Origin: Puniceicoccales bacterium Verruco_01
GTDB taxonomy: Bacteria > Verrucomicrobiota > Verrucomicrobiia > Opitutales > Oceanipulchritudinaceae
DNA: 64,000 nucleotides
Reading direction: 5' to 3'
Assembly (NCBI GenBank): GCA_001604565.1
Contig: LVBV01000015.1
Span: 10,719 to 74,718, forward strand
Of the stretch, positions 8,779 to 17,729 are shown one piece after another (within the stretch, counting starts at the first letter, position 1; every line of letters starts with the position of its first letter). The position numbers and the translations under genes were made by a program. Under the pieces are notes generated by a model. The model saw nothing but the letters and a program-made list of their open reading frames with translations. It searched no databases and was not told the origin of the DNA.

Positions 8779-10179
8779 TTACTTGCCCTCCTTCGGCTGC
8801 GGTTTGCGATTCAGCATCATGGCGTCGAAGCCCTTGCGGAAGGTCTCGTATTCCTCGCTGTGAACGTCCTCCGGGCCGTGCTGGATCTTGTGGTTGAGCA
8901 TGTAGATAAAGACGAAGAATAGAAGGAGATAGACGAGGGTGAAGAGGAGGAGCGAGGCAAGGACGCTTCCCGCGCTCACCACGGTGCTCAGGCCCTCGTT
9001 CGTCCTCATGAGGCCCCAGACGATCCAGGGCTGACGCCCGACCTCCGCCGTCATCCAGCCGATCTGGTTGGCGATCTGCGGCAGAAGCACCGCGACGACA
9101 AGCACCCACAGGAAGGGACGCCAGTTCCAGAGCCAGCCGCGCGACCAGCCGATCATGCCCACAATTGCTATCGCGATGAGCGCCATGCCGATCGAGATCA
9201 TGAGGTGATAGCCCTGAAAAGTGAGGTTCGCGGGCGGTCGGTCCTCCTTCGGGAAGGCGTCGAGGCCCTTGATGGGCGTCGTCGTGTCGCCGCTCACAAG
9301 CCAGCTCAGCATCCCGGGGATGGCGAGGCCGTGGGTCTTGCCCGCCGTTTCGTCAACCCAGCCGAAGATGTACATCGCCGCCGGGGCGTGGGCGTCGAAG
9401 TGGCCCTCCATCGCGGCCAATTTGGTAGGCTGGTGCTCGGCCACCAGTTCCGCGCTGCGGGAGCCCGTGTACAGGGAAAGGAGCGAGGCGGCCAGCGCCA
9501 CCGAAAGGCCCACCTTGATCGAGCTCTTTGCAAAGGCCTCGTCCCGCTTCTTGAGGAGGTACCACGCGCCGACGCTGATCAATAAGAACGCGCCCGCCGA
9601 CCATGCGCCGACGAGGGTGTGACTCAGGCGGTCGAGGCTGGAGGGGTTGAAGACCACGGCCCAGAAGTTGGTGATTTCGGCCCTCGGTCCGTTCGGGCCG
9701 TCCACGATGTGGAAGCCCGCGGGCGTCTGCATCCACGAGTTCGCCACGATGATCCACAGGGCGCTGAAGTGCGCGCCCAGACACACCATGAGCGTCGCAA
9801 ACCAGTGCGTCCCGGGCCGGACTCTCCGCCAGCCGAAAAGGACGATGGCAAGGAAGCCGGATTCCAGGAAGAAGGCGAAAATTCCCTCCGCGGCGAGGGC
9901 GCTCCCGAAGACATCGCCCACATACCGGGAGTAACGCTCCCAGTTCGTGCCGAATTCAAACTCAAGCACGATGCCGCTCGCCACGCCGATGGCGAAGGTG
10001 AGGCCGAAGATCTTGCCCCAGAATCGAGTCATCGCGCGGTAGTGTTCGTTCTTCGTTTTGAGCCACATCGTCTCCATCACGACAAGGCACAGGCCAAGCC
10101 CGATGGAAAGCGGAGGATACAGATAGTGGAAGGCCGCCGTGAGTGCGAATTGCAGGCGGGAGAGGAGTGCTGCGTCCAT
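8779..10179 (-). CDS. cydA: cytochrome bd ubiquinol oxidase subunit I
   Basis: 'LSRLQFALTAAFHYLYPPLSIG', 'GWMTAEVGRQPW' (Q-loop/C-terminal signature). 466 aa. Confidence 0.95.
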   Translation of the reverse strand: MDAALLSRLQFALTAAFHYLYPPLSIGLGLCLVVMETMWLKTKNEHYRAMTRFWGKIFGLTFAIGVASGIVLEFEFGTNWERYSRYVGDVFGSALAAEGIFAFFLESGFLAIVLFGWRRVRPGTHWFATLMVCLGAHFSALWIIVANSWMQTPAGFHIVDGPNGPRAEITNFWAVVFNPSSLDRLSHTLVGAWSAGAFLLISVGAWYLLKKRDEAFAKSSIKVGLSVALAASLLSLYTGSRSAELVAEHQPTKLAAMEGHFDAHAPAAMYIFGWVDETAGKTHGLAIPGMLSWLVSGDTTTPIKGLDAFPKEDRPPANLTFQGYHLMISIGMALIAIAIVGMIGWSRGWLWNWRPFLWVLVVAVLLPQIANQIGWMTAEVGRQPWIVWGLMRTNEGLSTVVSAGSVLASLLLFTLVYLLLFFVFIYMLNHKIQHGPEDVHSEEYETFRKGFDAMMLNRKPQPKEGK

Positions 10180-10257
10180 GCAGGAATCCCTGGGTTGCGG
10201 GGTGGGTGGTGGGGGCGAAGGATCGCCGCGCCTGACAATATCGCCCGCAAGGGCGCG

Positions 10258-10700
10258 TCATGCAAACGCGGGAGAATGATCCGAGTCAAAAATGCGAGAA
10301 ACGCGCCCCGGAAAGTATTCCGGAGTTTTTCGTGAGAGTTTTGCCCGACGGGGCGAGCGTTGCTCCGCGGAATACTTGATCTTCGTGCCGTTCGCACGGA
10401 TCCTTCCCCGGCTGGTGATGGCTGTGACGGCGTCGTCGATTTCCGGCTCGGAGATGCCTTTCGAGAATTGATACATGCAGGAGATGGATTTGCGCATCGC
10501 TTTCACGCTCTTCGGGCGGAGCTTCAGAGGTCTATCCTCAATTCCCGGGACATCGTCGCCGGAATACCTTTTCCCGGAACTGGCCTGTACCGGTTTTTCG
10601 GTTCTTCAGCCGACGGAGCGCCAAACAAATGAAGGGCGAGGAGACGCTTTCTCTCGGGAGTCAGGATGTCGGACAGTTGCTTGAGTTCGTTGAGGTACAT
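10258..10700 (-). pseudogene. two short abutting ORFs (58 aa and 82 aa) upstream of cydA, possibly one frameshifted small gene
   Basis: ORF 10524..10700 ('MYLNELKQLSDILTPERKRLLALHLFG...') stops at 10524. The frame of ORF 10258..10506 is open back to a stop at 10606-10608, overlapping ORF 10524..10700 across an A5 run (~10603-10607). No family recognised. Confidence 0.25.
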
Positions 10701-10835
10701 GGGGGGTGTCGCCGCAGAATGTTCATGAAAACGCGATTTTTTAATCTGGCGAGCGAGTGATACGCCGCCGTTTTGATTGGCAGGTTTGCCAAGGCGCCCA
10801 AAATCGTTTCTTTTGACCGGAACACACATCAAAAC

Positions 10836-12410
10836 ATGAGCTGGGATCGTTTCCAAAAGTATTTTCTGGACCTGCCGGAACTGGGCTTTGCCCTTGATGT
10901 TTCGCGCACGGGCCTTGACGACGCCTTTCTCGCCAAGATGGCGGGCAAGGCAAAGCGCGCCTTCTCCGCGATGAAGAAGCTGGAAAAGGGCGCGGTCGCG
11001 AACCCCGACGAGGGACGCATGGTGGGCCATTACTGGCTCCGCAACCCCAAGGTCGTCCCGCGCGGGCACAAGACAATAGCCGACGGCATCCGCAAGGCGC
11101 AGAAGGACATCGCCTCCTTCGCGAAGGATGTGCACTCCGGCAAGGTCGCCGGTCAGGGCGGGAAGTTCACGGACGTGCTCGTGATCGGCATTGGCGGCAG
11201 CGCACTCGGGCCGCAGTTCGTCTCCCGAGCGCTCGGCTCCGTGAAGACCGACAAGATGGCGGTTCATTTCTTTGACAACACCGATCCCGCGGGCATGGCG
11301 GCGGTGCTGGACGAGCTGGACGGCAGACTTGGGAACACGCTGTCGGTCGTCATCTCCAAGAGCGGCGGCACCCCCGAGACGCGCAACGGCATGCTCGTCG
11401 CAAAGGCCGCGTACGAGAAGGCGGGGCTTTCCTTCGCCAAACACGCCGTGGCCGTGACGGGCGTCGATTCCAAGATGGACAAACAGGCGGTCGCCGAAGG
11501 CTGGCTTACCCGCTTCCCGATGTGGGACTGGGTGGGCGGACGCACCTCCGAGACCGGGCCCGTGGGCCTCGTCCCGGCGGCGCTTCAGGGCCTCGACACC
11601 GCCGCCCTCTTGGGCGGTGCGGCGAAGATGGACGAGGCGACGCGCCTTGCCGATCCCCTAAAGAACCCCGCGATGCTCCTCGCGCTTGCCTGGTATTGCG
11701 AGACGGGCGGCAAGGGGAAGAAGGACATGGTGGTCCTTCCCTACAAGGACGGCCTCGAACTCTTTTCCAAGTATTTGCAGCAGCTCATCATGGAGAGCCT
11801 CGGCAAGGAGAAGGATCTCGCCGGCAAGGTCGTCAATCAGGGCATTTCCGTTTACGGCAACAAGGGCTCCACCGACCAGCACGCCTATGTGCAGCAGCTG
11901 CGCGAGGGCGTGCCGAACTTCTTTGCCACCTTCATCGAGGTGCTGGAGGAGGGTGGTGCGGGTGTGGAGGTCGAGCCGGGCGTCACGAGCGGCGACTATT
12001 TGCAGGGCTTTCTCCTAGGCACCCGCGCGGCGCTGGCGGAGAAGGGGCGTAACAGCCTCACGATCACGGTCCGCAAGGTCGATGCCTTCACCGTCGGCAC
12101 CCTGATCGCACTGTACGAGAGGGCCGTTGGCTTTTACGCGACACTGGTCGGCATCAACGCCTACCACCAGCCGGGCGTGGAGGCGGGCAAGAAGGCCGCG
12201 GCGGGAATCCTTGCCGCCAAGCTGAAGATTCAGGCACTCCTTGCCACGGAAAAGGCGGGCCTCACCGCGGAGGAGATTTCCGGCAAAATCGCCCTGAACG
12301 ATCCCGAGTTGGCCAGCAAACTCCTTGAAAGCCTCGCGGCGAATCCCGCCAAGAAGGTGCTCAAGGTCCCCGGGACTACCCTCGCAGAGACGAAGTATCT
12401 CTCCGCGTAG
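10836..12410 (+). CDS. pgi: glucose-6-phosphate isomerase
   Basis: '[11 protein letters not shown]', '[12 protein letters not shown]', '[11 protein letters not shown]' and '[14 protein letters not shown]' are PGI signatures. Start taken at '[10 protein letters not shown]'. Confidence 0.95.
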   Translation: MSWDRFQKYFLDLPELGFALDVSRTGLDDAFLAKMAGKAKRAFSAMKKLEKGAVANPDEGRMVGHYWLRNPKVVPRGHKTIADGIRKAQKDIASFAKDVHSGKVAGQGGKFTDVLVIGIGGSALGPQFVSRALGSVKTDKMAVHFFDNTDPAGMAAVLDELDGRLGNTLSVVISKSGGTPETRNGMLVAKAAYEKAGLSFAKHAVAVTGVDSKMDKQAVAEGWLTRFPMWDWVGGRTSETGPVGLVPAALQGLDTAALLGGAAKMDEATRLADPLKNPAMLLALAWYCETGGKGKKDMVVLPYKDGLELFSKYLQQLIMESLGKEKDLAGKVVNQGISVYGNKGSTDQHAYVQQLREGVPNFFATFIEVLEEGGAGVEVEPGVTSGDYLQGFLLGTRAALAEKGRNSLTITVRKVDAFTVGTLIALYERAVGFYATLVGINAYHQPGVEAGKKAAAGILAAKLKIQALLATEKAGLTAEEISGKIALNDPELASKLLESLAANPAKKVLKVPGTTLAETKYLSA

Positions 12411-12429
12411 TTTTCCTTCCTTTCACTCA

Positions 12430-12477
12430 CTCCGCCCGGTGTGCCGCGAAAAACGGTGCGCCGGGCGGAGCGTTTTT
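12430..12477 (+). terminator. terminator-like hairpin after pgi
   Basis: 10-bp stem 'ctccgcccgg'/'ccgggcggag' followed by 'cgttttt'. The loop is long (21 nt). Confidence 0.55.
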
Positions 12478-12553
12478 GCGGAGTTACGGTCCCATAATGT
12501 TGACGGGCCGGTCCCTCGCGGACAGCCTTTGCGTGACGATCCCCGTTCCACCA

Positions 12554-12718
12554 ATGAAAAGACTCCTTCCCATTTTCCTTTTGATGGCACTGGCCGGAGC
12601 GTTTCTTGCCGGATGCAAGTCCAGCGAGGACAGCGAGGCGCAGGCAACCGTTCCGTGGGGCCGTCCCGCGGACTTCGAGGGCGCTGGCGTCGGCCTGCCG
12701 CAGATGGACGGACGTTAA
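12554..12718 (+). CDS. small lipoprotein (54 aa)
   Basis: 'MKRLLPIFLLMALAGAFLAGC' is a clean lipobox (L-A-G-C). It ends 4 nt before the rsmI GTG. Confidence 0.55.
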   Translation: MKRLLPIFLLMALAGAFLAGCKSSEDSEAQATVPWGRPADFEGAGVGLPQMDGR

Positions 12719-12722
12719 AACC

Positions 12723-13436
12723 GTGAGCGGGACGGGCGAAACCGCCGGGGGCTGCCTGTATCTGGTGGGCACGCCCATCGGAAACAGGGAGGACCTTTCC
12801 CCAAGGGCCGCCCGCATCCTGTCGCAGTGCGACGCGATCGCGTGCGAGGATACGCGCAGTTCCCAGAGTCTTCTGGCGCCGCTCGGGATCAACCGTCCCC
12901 TCATCGCCTATCACGAGCATAACGAGCTGGAGAAGGCCGCGGCGCTTGCCGACAGGGTGGCCGCGGGCGAGAAAATCGCCCTCATCACCGATGCCGGGAT
13001 GCCCGCCGTGAGCGATCCCGGTTTCCGCGTGGTGCGCGAGTGTCGCAGACGCGGCCTTGCCGTGACGCCGATTCCCGGCCCCACGGCGGCGATGAGCGCG
13101 CTGGCCGCCTCGGGACTGCCGAGCGACAGTTTTCTTTTCCTTGGCTTCCTTCCCGCAAAGACAAGCGCGCGGAAAAAGTCCTTCGAGGAGATCCGCAATC
13201 TTCCCGTCACCGTCATCTATTATGAATCGACCCACCGGATCGCGGCCTTCGTGGAAGATGTGATCGCGGTTCTTGGTCCGGACCGATGCATCTGTCTTGC
13301 GCGCGAAATCACCAAAATGCACGAGACTTTTTACTGCGGCAGGGCCAGCGAGGTTCTCGCAAGGCTTGTCAAAGGCTCCACGAAGGGGGAGTTTGTCGCG
13401 ATGATCGCCAAGGAGGGGTATTCGCTTGAAGGCTAA
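12723..13436 (+). CDS. rsmI: 16S rRNA (cytidine1402-2'-O)-methyltransferase
   Basis: 'LYLVGTPIGNREDLSPRA', 'IACEDTR', 'ITDAGMPAVSDPG', 'YESTHR'. GTG start at 12723 chosen; the longer ORF from 12606 is Arg/Ala-rich. Confidence 0.9.
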   Translation: MSGTGETAGGCLYLVGTPIGNREDLSPRAARILSQCDAIACEDTRSSQSLLAPLGINRPLIAYHEHNELEKAAALADRVAAGEKIALITDAGMPAVSDPGFRVVRECRRRGLAVTPIPGPTAAMSALAASGLPSDSFLFLGFLPAKTSARKKSFEEIRNLPVTVIYYESTHRIAAFVEDVIAVLGPDRCICLAREITKMHETFYCGRASEVLARLVKGSTKGEFVAMIAKEGYSLEG

Positions 13437-14373
13437 AGAACGGGTCGTGTCGATCATCGACATCGGCAGCAACACGATCAAGTTCCTTGTCGCCAAGGGC
13501 CCGGGTGTCACGGTGCTGGATGAGGTGAGCGTCGATACGCGCATCGGCACCGGCATGGGCAGGGGCGATCGCATCGTCCTCCAGAAGGGCGCGATGGACG
13601 CCTCGGTCGCCTGTGTGAAGCGCCTTTTGGAGCGTGCAGCGGCCTTCTCCCCGGCGGAGACGGTCGTCGTGGCCACGAGCGCCGTCCGCGATGCGGAAAA
13701 CGGCGGCGAGTTCTCCGCGCAGCTCAAGGCGGCCACGGGGCTTTCCGTCCGCATTCTTTCCGGTGACGAGGAGGCGCGGCTTGTGGGCTGCGGCGTGGCG
13801 CAGGATCCGGCGATCGACCCCCGCAGGAGCTTTTATCTCATGGACCTTGGCGGAGGCAGTCTGGAGCTTCTCGAATTCTGCGGCGGGAAGGTCCGCCAGA
13901 AGGTGAGCCTGCCGCTGGGCGCCGTGCGCCTCAACGAGAAGCTGGTGAAGAATCCGGCCCTGCCCCTCGGCGAGGACGGCATCGCCGAGGTAAGCGAGTA
14001 TGTGACCGAATCCGTCGCGGCGAGCGGTTTTTCCTTTGGCATTCCCGGGGCGCTCGTCGGCACGGGCGGGAGTCTGGCGCACGCGCGCTTCATTCTCGGC
14101 CACGCCTGCGGCAAAGCGCCGTCGGAGTCCGATCCCGTCATTGGATCGGCGGAACTGCGCGCTCTGACGAAGAAGGTGGCCGCCATGACGCTGGCCGAAC
14201 GATGCACCCTGCCGCACCTGCCCGCGGCGCGCGCGGACATCATGCCGGTGTCGCTGGTTGTCATTGCAACGATCATGGGTTTGTCCACCAGCGGAACCAT
14301 CGTGCACTCGTTTTACAACCTGAGATTCGGACTCGCGGCGGAGATGCTTGCCTCACGCTGCCGGATTTGTTGA
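13426..14373 (+). CDS. ppx: Ppx/GppA-family phosphatase (short form, no HD domain)
   Basis: 'IIDIGSNTIKFLV', 'DLGGGSLE', 'GTGGS' ASKHA-fold motifs. It overlaps the rsmI end by 11 nt. Confidence 0.85.
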   Translation: MKAKERVVSIIDIGSNTIKFLVAKGPGVTVLDEVSVDTRIGTGMGRGDRIVLQKGAMDASVACVKRLLERAAAFSPAETVVVATSAVRDAENGGEFSAQLKAATGLSVRILSGDEEARLVGCGVAQDPAIDPRRSFYLMDLGGGSLELLEFCGGKVRQKVSLPLGAVRLNEKLVKNPALPLGEDGIAEVSEYVTESVAASGFSFGIPGALVGTGGSLAHARFILGHACGKAPSESDPVIGSAELRALTKKVAAMTLAERCTLPHLPAARADIMPVSLVVIATIMGLSTSGTIVHSFYNLRFGLAAEMLASRCRIC

Positions 14374-14382
14374 AATCGGAGA

Positions 14383-15258
14383 GTGAAAATCGACATCGCC
14401 GGCTTCCGCGTGGGCGAGGGCTCGCGCGTCGATCTTGAAAAATTCCCGACGGACGTGCCCGCCCTGTACCGGAACGGCGAGGAATACCGCTCTTCGCTCG
14501 AAAAGAAGATCGGGAAGATCGACGAGGCCCAGCAGCTTCTCTACGCCTCGGGCAAGTGGAGCGTCCTCTTCATTCTTCAGGCGATGGACGCAGCGGGCAA
14601 GGACAGCGCCATCCGTCACGTGTTTTCCGGCATCAATCCGCAGGGCTGCGCCGTGCACAGCTTCAAGACACCCAGTTCCGGCGAGCTTGCGCACGACTTT
14701 CTCTGGCGGACTTCCTGCCAGATGCCCGAACGCGGGCGCATCGGCATCTTCAACCGCTCCTATTACGAGGAAGTCCTCGTCGTCCGCGTCCATCCCGAAT
14801 ACCTCGCCAACGAGAATCTGCCCGAGACTCTCGCGGATGGAAAATACATCTGGAGGCAGCGCTACGCCTCCATCGGGGCCTTCGAGCATCACATGGCGCA
14901 AAATGGCACGAAAATCGCCAAGATCTTCCTGCACGTGAGCAAGACCGAGCAGAAGAAGCGCCTGCTTTCCCGCATCGACGACCCGGCCAAGAACTGGAAG
15001 TTCTCCGACGCTGACCTCGCCGAACGGGCCCTGTGGAAGAAGTATCAAAAGGCCTACGGGGACTGCCTTGCCGCCACGAGCACGAAAGAGGCTCCCTGGT
15101 ACGTTGTCCCGGCGGACGACAAGAAGAACGCGCACCTCATCGTCGCGGAGATCGTCCGCGAGACGCTGAAGAGCCTGAAGATGCACTACCCGAAGGTGAG
15201 CGCGGAAAGAAAGGCGGAATTGGCCGCCATCCGGGAGAAACTGGCGGCGGACGAGTAG
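14383..15258 (+). CDS. ppk2: polyphosphate kinase 2 family protein
   Basis: 'VLFILQAMDAAGKDSAIRHV' (Walker A), 'IFNRSYYE', 'KFLHVSKTEQKKR' and 'APWYVVPADDKKNA' are typical PPK2 features. GTG start. Confidence 0.9.
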   Translation: MKIDIAGFRVGEGSRVDLEKFPTDVPALYRNGEEYRSSLEKKIGKIDEAQQLLYASGKWSVLFILQAMDAAGKDSAIRHVFSGINPQGCAVHSFKTPSSGELAHDFLWRTSCQMPERGRIGIFNRSYYEEVLVVRVHPEYLANENLPETLADGKYIWRQRYASIGAFEHHMAQNGTKIAKIFLHVSKTEQKKRLLSRIDDPAKNWKFSDADLAERALWKKYQKAYGDCLAATSTKEAPWYVVPADDKKNAHLIVAEIVRETLKSLKMHYPKVSAERKAELAAIREKLAADE

Positions 15259-15260
15259 TT

Positions 15261-16208
15261 CTACTTCGCCAACGCACGGAGAGCTTCCAACACCTTCTCG
15301 AAGTCATCGGGCAGCGGCGCCTCTAGTTCCAGCGGCTCTTTCGTCACCGGATGGGGGATTTCGAGCGTCCAGGCGTGAAGCAGGATGCGCGGCACGGGGA
15401 CTTCCTTCGGCCACTTGTTGGCGTGCCAGCCGTAGAGTTCGTCCCCCGCGATCGGCAGGCCGATGTGCGAGAGGTGTACGCGCACCTGATGCGTGCGGCC
15501 CGTGTGGATCGTAACGCGCAGGAGCGTCGCCACCTTGCCGAAGCGTTCGGCCACCTCCCAGTCACTCTGCGCCTCGCGTCCGCCCTCGCGCACGCACATC
15601 TTCTGCCGGGCGCTGTGGTGGCGCCCGATCGGCGCGTCGATTGCGCCCGCCTCCATCGTGGGGCTGCCCGCAACGAGGGCGAGGTAACACTTGTGGGTCT
15701 TCCGCTGCGAAAAGGCGCGGGTGAGGGCGAGGAAGGCGGCGTCGCTCTTGGCCGAGACGATCACTCCACTCGTCTCCTTGTCGAGGCGATGGACGATGCC
15801 GGGGCGCTCCTCGCCGCCGATGCCGGAAAGGCCGCCTTTGCAGTGGAAGAGCAGGGCGTGGACGAGGGTATCCTCGCCGGTGCCCGCGCCGGGATGCACC
15901 ACCATGCCGGGAGCCTTGTCCACGGCGATCATGGACTCGTCCTCGTACAGGACCGAGAGCGGGATGTCCACCGGGTGGAGCTGCGCGGGTTTGAGGTCCG
16001 GAATCTCGTAGGAAACGAGATCCCCGGCGTGGAGGCGGTCCCCCTTGTCGAGGGCGTCGTCGTCACAGAACACGAGGGCCTCGTCAAAGAGCTTCTGCAC
16101 GCGGCTGCGGCTAAGCTCCGGCAACTGCGCTGCCAGAACCCTATCCGCGCGGACGCGGTCGAATTCAGGGCCAACCTCAAAGCTGTACTCTCCGGGTTCC
16201 TGCGGCAT
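15261..16208 (-). CDS. rluD: RluA-family 23S rRNA pseudouridine synthase (RluD-like, S4 domain)
   Basis: 'HRLDKETSGVIV' catalytic Asp motif, 'GRTHQVRVHL', and an N-terminal S4-like segment. Confidence 0.85.
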   Translation of the reverse strand: MPQEPGEYSFEVGPEFDRVRADRVLAAQLPELSRSRVQKLFDEALVFCDDDALDKGDRLHAGDLVSYEIPDLKPAQLHPVDIPLSVLYEDESMIAVDKAPGMVVHPGAGTGEDTLVHALLFHCKGGLSGIGGEERPGIVHRLDKETSGVIVSAKSDAAFLALTRAFSQRKTHKCYLALVAGSPTMEAGAIDAPIGRHHSARQKMCVREGGREAQSDWEVAERFGKVATLLRVTIHTGRTHQVRVHLSHIGLPIAGDELYGWHANKWPKEVPVPRILLHAWTLEIPHPVTKEPLELEAPLPDDFEKVLEALRALAK

Positions 16209-16273
16209 CCCCTCTGGTTACGCGGATGCGACACCCGGGGCAAGCCGCAAGCAGGGCGTGAAATGTTTCCCTG

Positions 16274-16576
16274 TCAGAAACTGCGGTTCTTGAGGACTTC
16301 GGAGGGCGGCGGAATCTCGTCCGGGCCGCAGCCGATGGCGAGGATCAGCTTGAGGGCCGTCGTGATGAGAATGTTGGTCTGCCCCGCTTCGATGCGCTGG
16401 ATCGTGCGGATGTTGAGGCCGGTGCTCTCCGCGAGCTGCTCCTGCGTGATCCCGCGCTTGGTGCGTGCCTTGCGGAAGCTGGAGCCCAGATGTTCCAGAA
16501 GCATGGCGATCGACTTTTCGTCGTAGGGCCCGTGCGAGACCGTTTCGGCGGCGGGTTCTTTCTTACGGCGCGACAT
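16274..16576 (-). CDS. XRE-family helix-turn-helix transcriptional regulator
   Basis: 'FRKARTKRGITQEQLAESTGLNIRTIQRIEAGQTN' is a canonical HTH_3 segment. 100 aa. Confidence 0.8.
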   Translation of the reverse strand: MSRRKKEPAAETVSHGPYDEKSIAMLLEHLGSSFRKARTKRGITQEQLAESTGLNIRTIQRIEAGQTNILITTALKLILAIGCGPDEIPPPSEVLKNRSF

Positions 16577-16763
16577 GCCGTAAAATCATGCGGTTCGTCA
16601 CGCGGGGATCGACAAAAAAATGGTAAAACCCTCAAACTGTGAGCGTCCCGCTGGTTTTGGGCGGGCGTTTTGTTCCACGGGGAGTCTTTAGCCCCAAGAC
16701 TGATTAGGCACCCGGAGCCCGGTGGTTCATCCCGCCGGGCTCCGATTGTTTCTGGAAGATTCT

Positions 16764-17615
16764 TTAGCGGACGAGCGCCGGATTGTGAGCGGCCTCGTAG
16801 GCGACACTCGTGGTGGGACCGTGTCCCGGCAGGATGACGGTGTCTTGTGGGAGGGTGAGAATTTGGGAGCGGAGGGCGTCGATCGCCTCCCTCCACTGGC
16901 CGTCCGCCCGCCCCACCGATCCGGCGAAGAGCGCGTCCCCGGTGAAGACGACCGGACGGGAAAGCCCCGTCAGAAAATAGCTCATGCCGCCCGGTGTGTG
17001 GCCCGGCGTGGCGATGGCGCGGATTGCTAGCGGGCCGATTTCTACGATTTCTCCGTCGAGGATCGGCCTCATGCACTCGGCGAGTTTTTCGCACTCCGCG
17101 CAACGGACGGTGGCCTCCGGGAAGAGGGAATGCACCGTGGGCAGTCCCGCCACGTGGTCGGGGTGAGTGTGTGTGACGAAGATTGCGCGGATCGTGAGGT
17201 TTTGCGCCTCGATCGCCGAGGCGACCGGCTCTGCGACGCTGCCGCCGTCCACGAGAATCGCGCCCGAGTCGCCCGGGATCCGCACAAGGTAGGCGTTCAC
17301 GGTGCCGTCCAAGGCGCCGGGTGTGGGATGAGGCGTGACGATCGTGACAATCTCCGGAAGGTGTGCTGCCGGGGGCGCGTATTCGCCGCACTGGAGCGCC
17401 ACCAGTTCCGGCACGCCCAAACCCAGTACCCGCGCCACGCCGCGCGCCACCTCCACATCCTTCGCGCCGCGCTCGGCCTCGCGCATGCTGGGCACCGAAA
17501 TTCCCGCTCTGGCGCACAGCGTGCATCGGTCCATTCGCTGACCCCAGCGCGCTTTTTCGACAAGATCCATCCAGTTGTCTTCCAGTCGAGGCGGGGGTGG
17601 GGTGGTTTCGCTCAT
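16764..17615 (-). CDS. XRE-like HTH domain fused to a metallo-beta-lactamase-fold hydrolase (glyoxalase II-like)
   Basis: Only the last 283 aa of ORF 16764..18803 look real. Start is 'MSETTPP'. The N-terminus 'RMDRCTLCARAGISVPSMREAERG' is HTH-like. Then 'VTHTHPDHVAG' (HxHxDH), 'TPGHTPGG', 'GDALF' and 'LPGHG'. Confidence 0.8.
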   Translation of the reverse strand: MSETTPPPPRLEDNWMDLVEKARWGQRMDRCTLCARAGISVPSMREAERGAKDVEVARGVARVLGLGVPELVALQCGEYAPPAAHLPEIVTIVTPHPTPGALDGTVNAYLVRIPGDSGAILVDGGSVAEPVASAIEAQNLTIRAIFVTHTHPDHVAGLPTVHSLFPEATVRCAECEKLAECMRPILDGEIVEIGPLAIRAIATPGHTPGGMSYFLTGLSRPVVFTGDALFAGSVGRADGQWREAIDALRSQILTLPQDTVILPGHGPTTSVAYEAAHNPALVR

Positions 17616-17626
17616 GGTTGTGTTAC

Positions 17627-17651
17627 GATATTCGCTTTGCCGGGGATATTC
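17627..17651. promoter_or_regulatory. direct repeat GATATTC-N11-GATATTC in the 114-bp divergent control region
   Basis: 'gatattc' occurs at 17627-17633 and 17645-17651, between the MBL-fusion start (17615) and the polB-like start (17730). The function is inferred only. Confidence 0.2.
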
Positions 17652-17729
17652 CAGCGAAAGACCGGTTTCTTTGAGGGGTCCCTCCTGCATTTTCTCGCAC
17701 GGGGGACTTCCCGGGGCTAGGGTGAGTGC

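Noticed and set aside
10258-10700. Idea that the small ORFs encode a TubC-type docking or carrier-like domain ('LTPERKRLLALHL', 'RIRANGTKIKYSAEQ')
   Set aside because: The resemblance is limited to a few residues in the wrong order, and there are no NRPS/PKS genes nearby. Kept only as an unassigned, possibly frameshifted ORF.
12423-13754. 443-aa minus-strand ORF
   Set aside because: Antisense to rsmI and ppx. Arg/Ala/Gly/Pro-rich with no family features.
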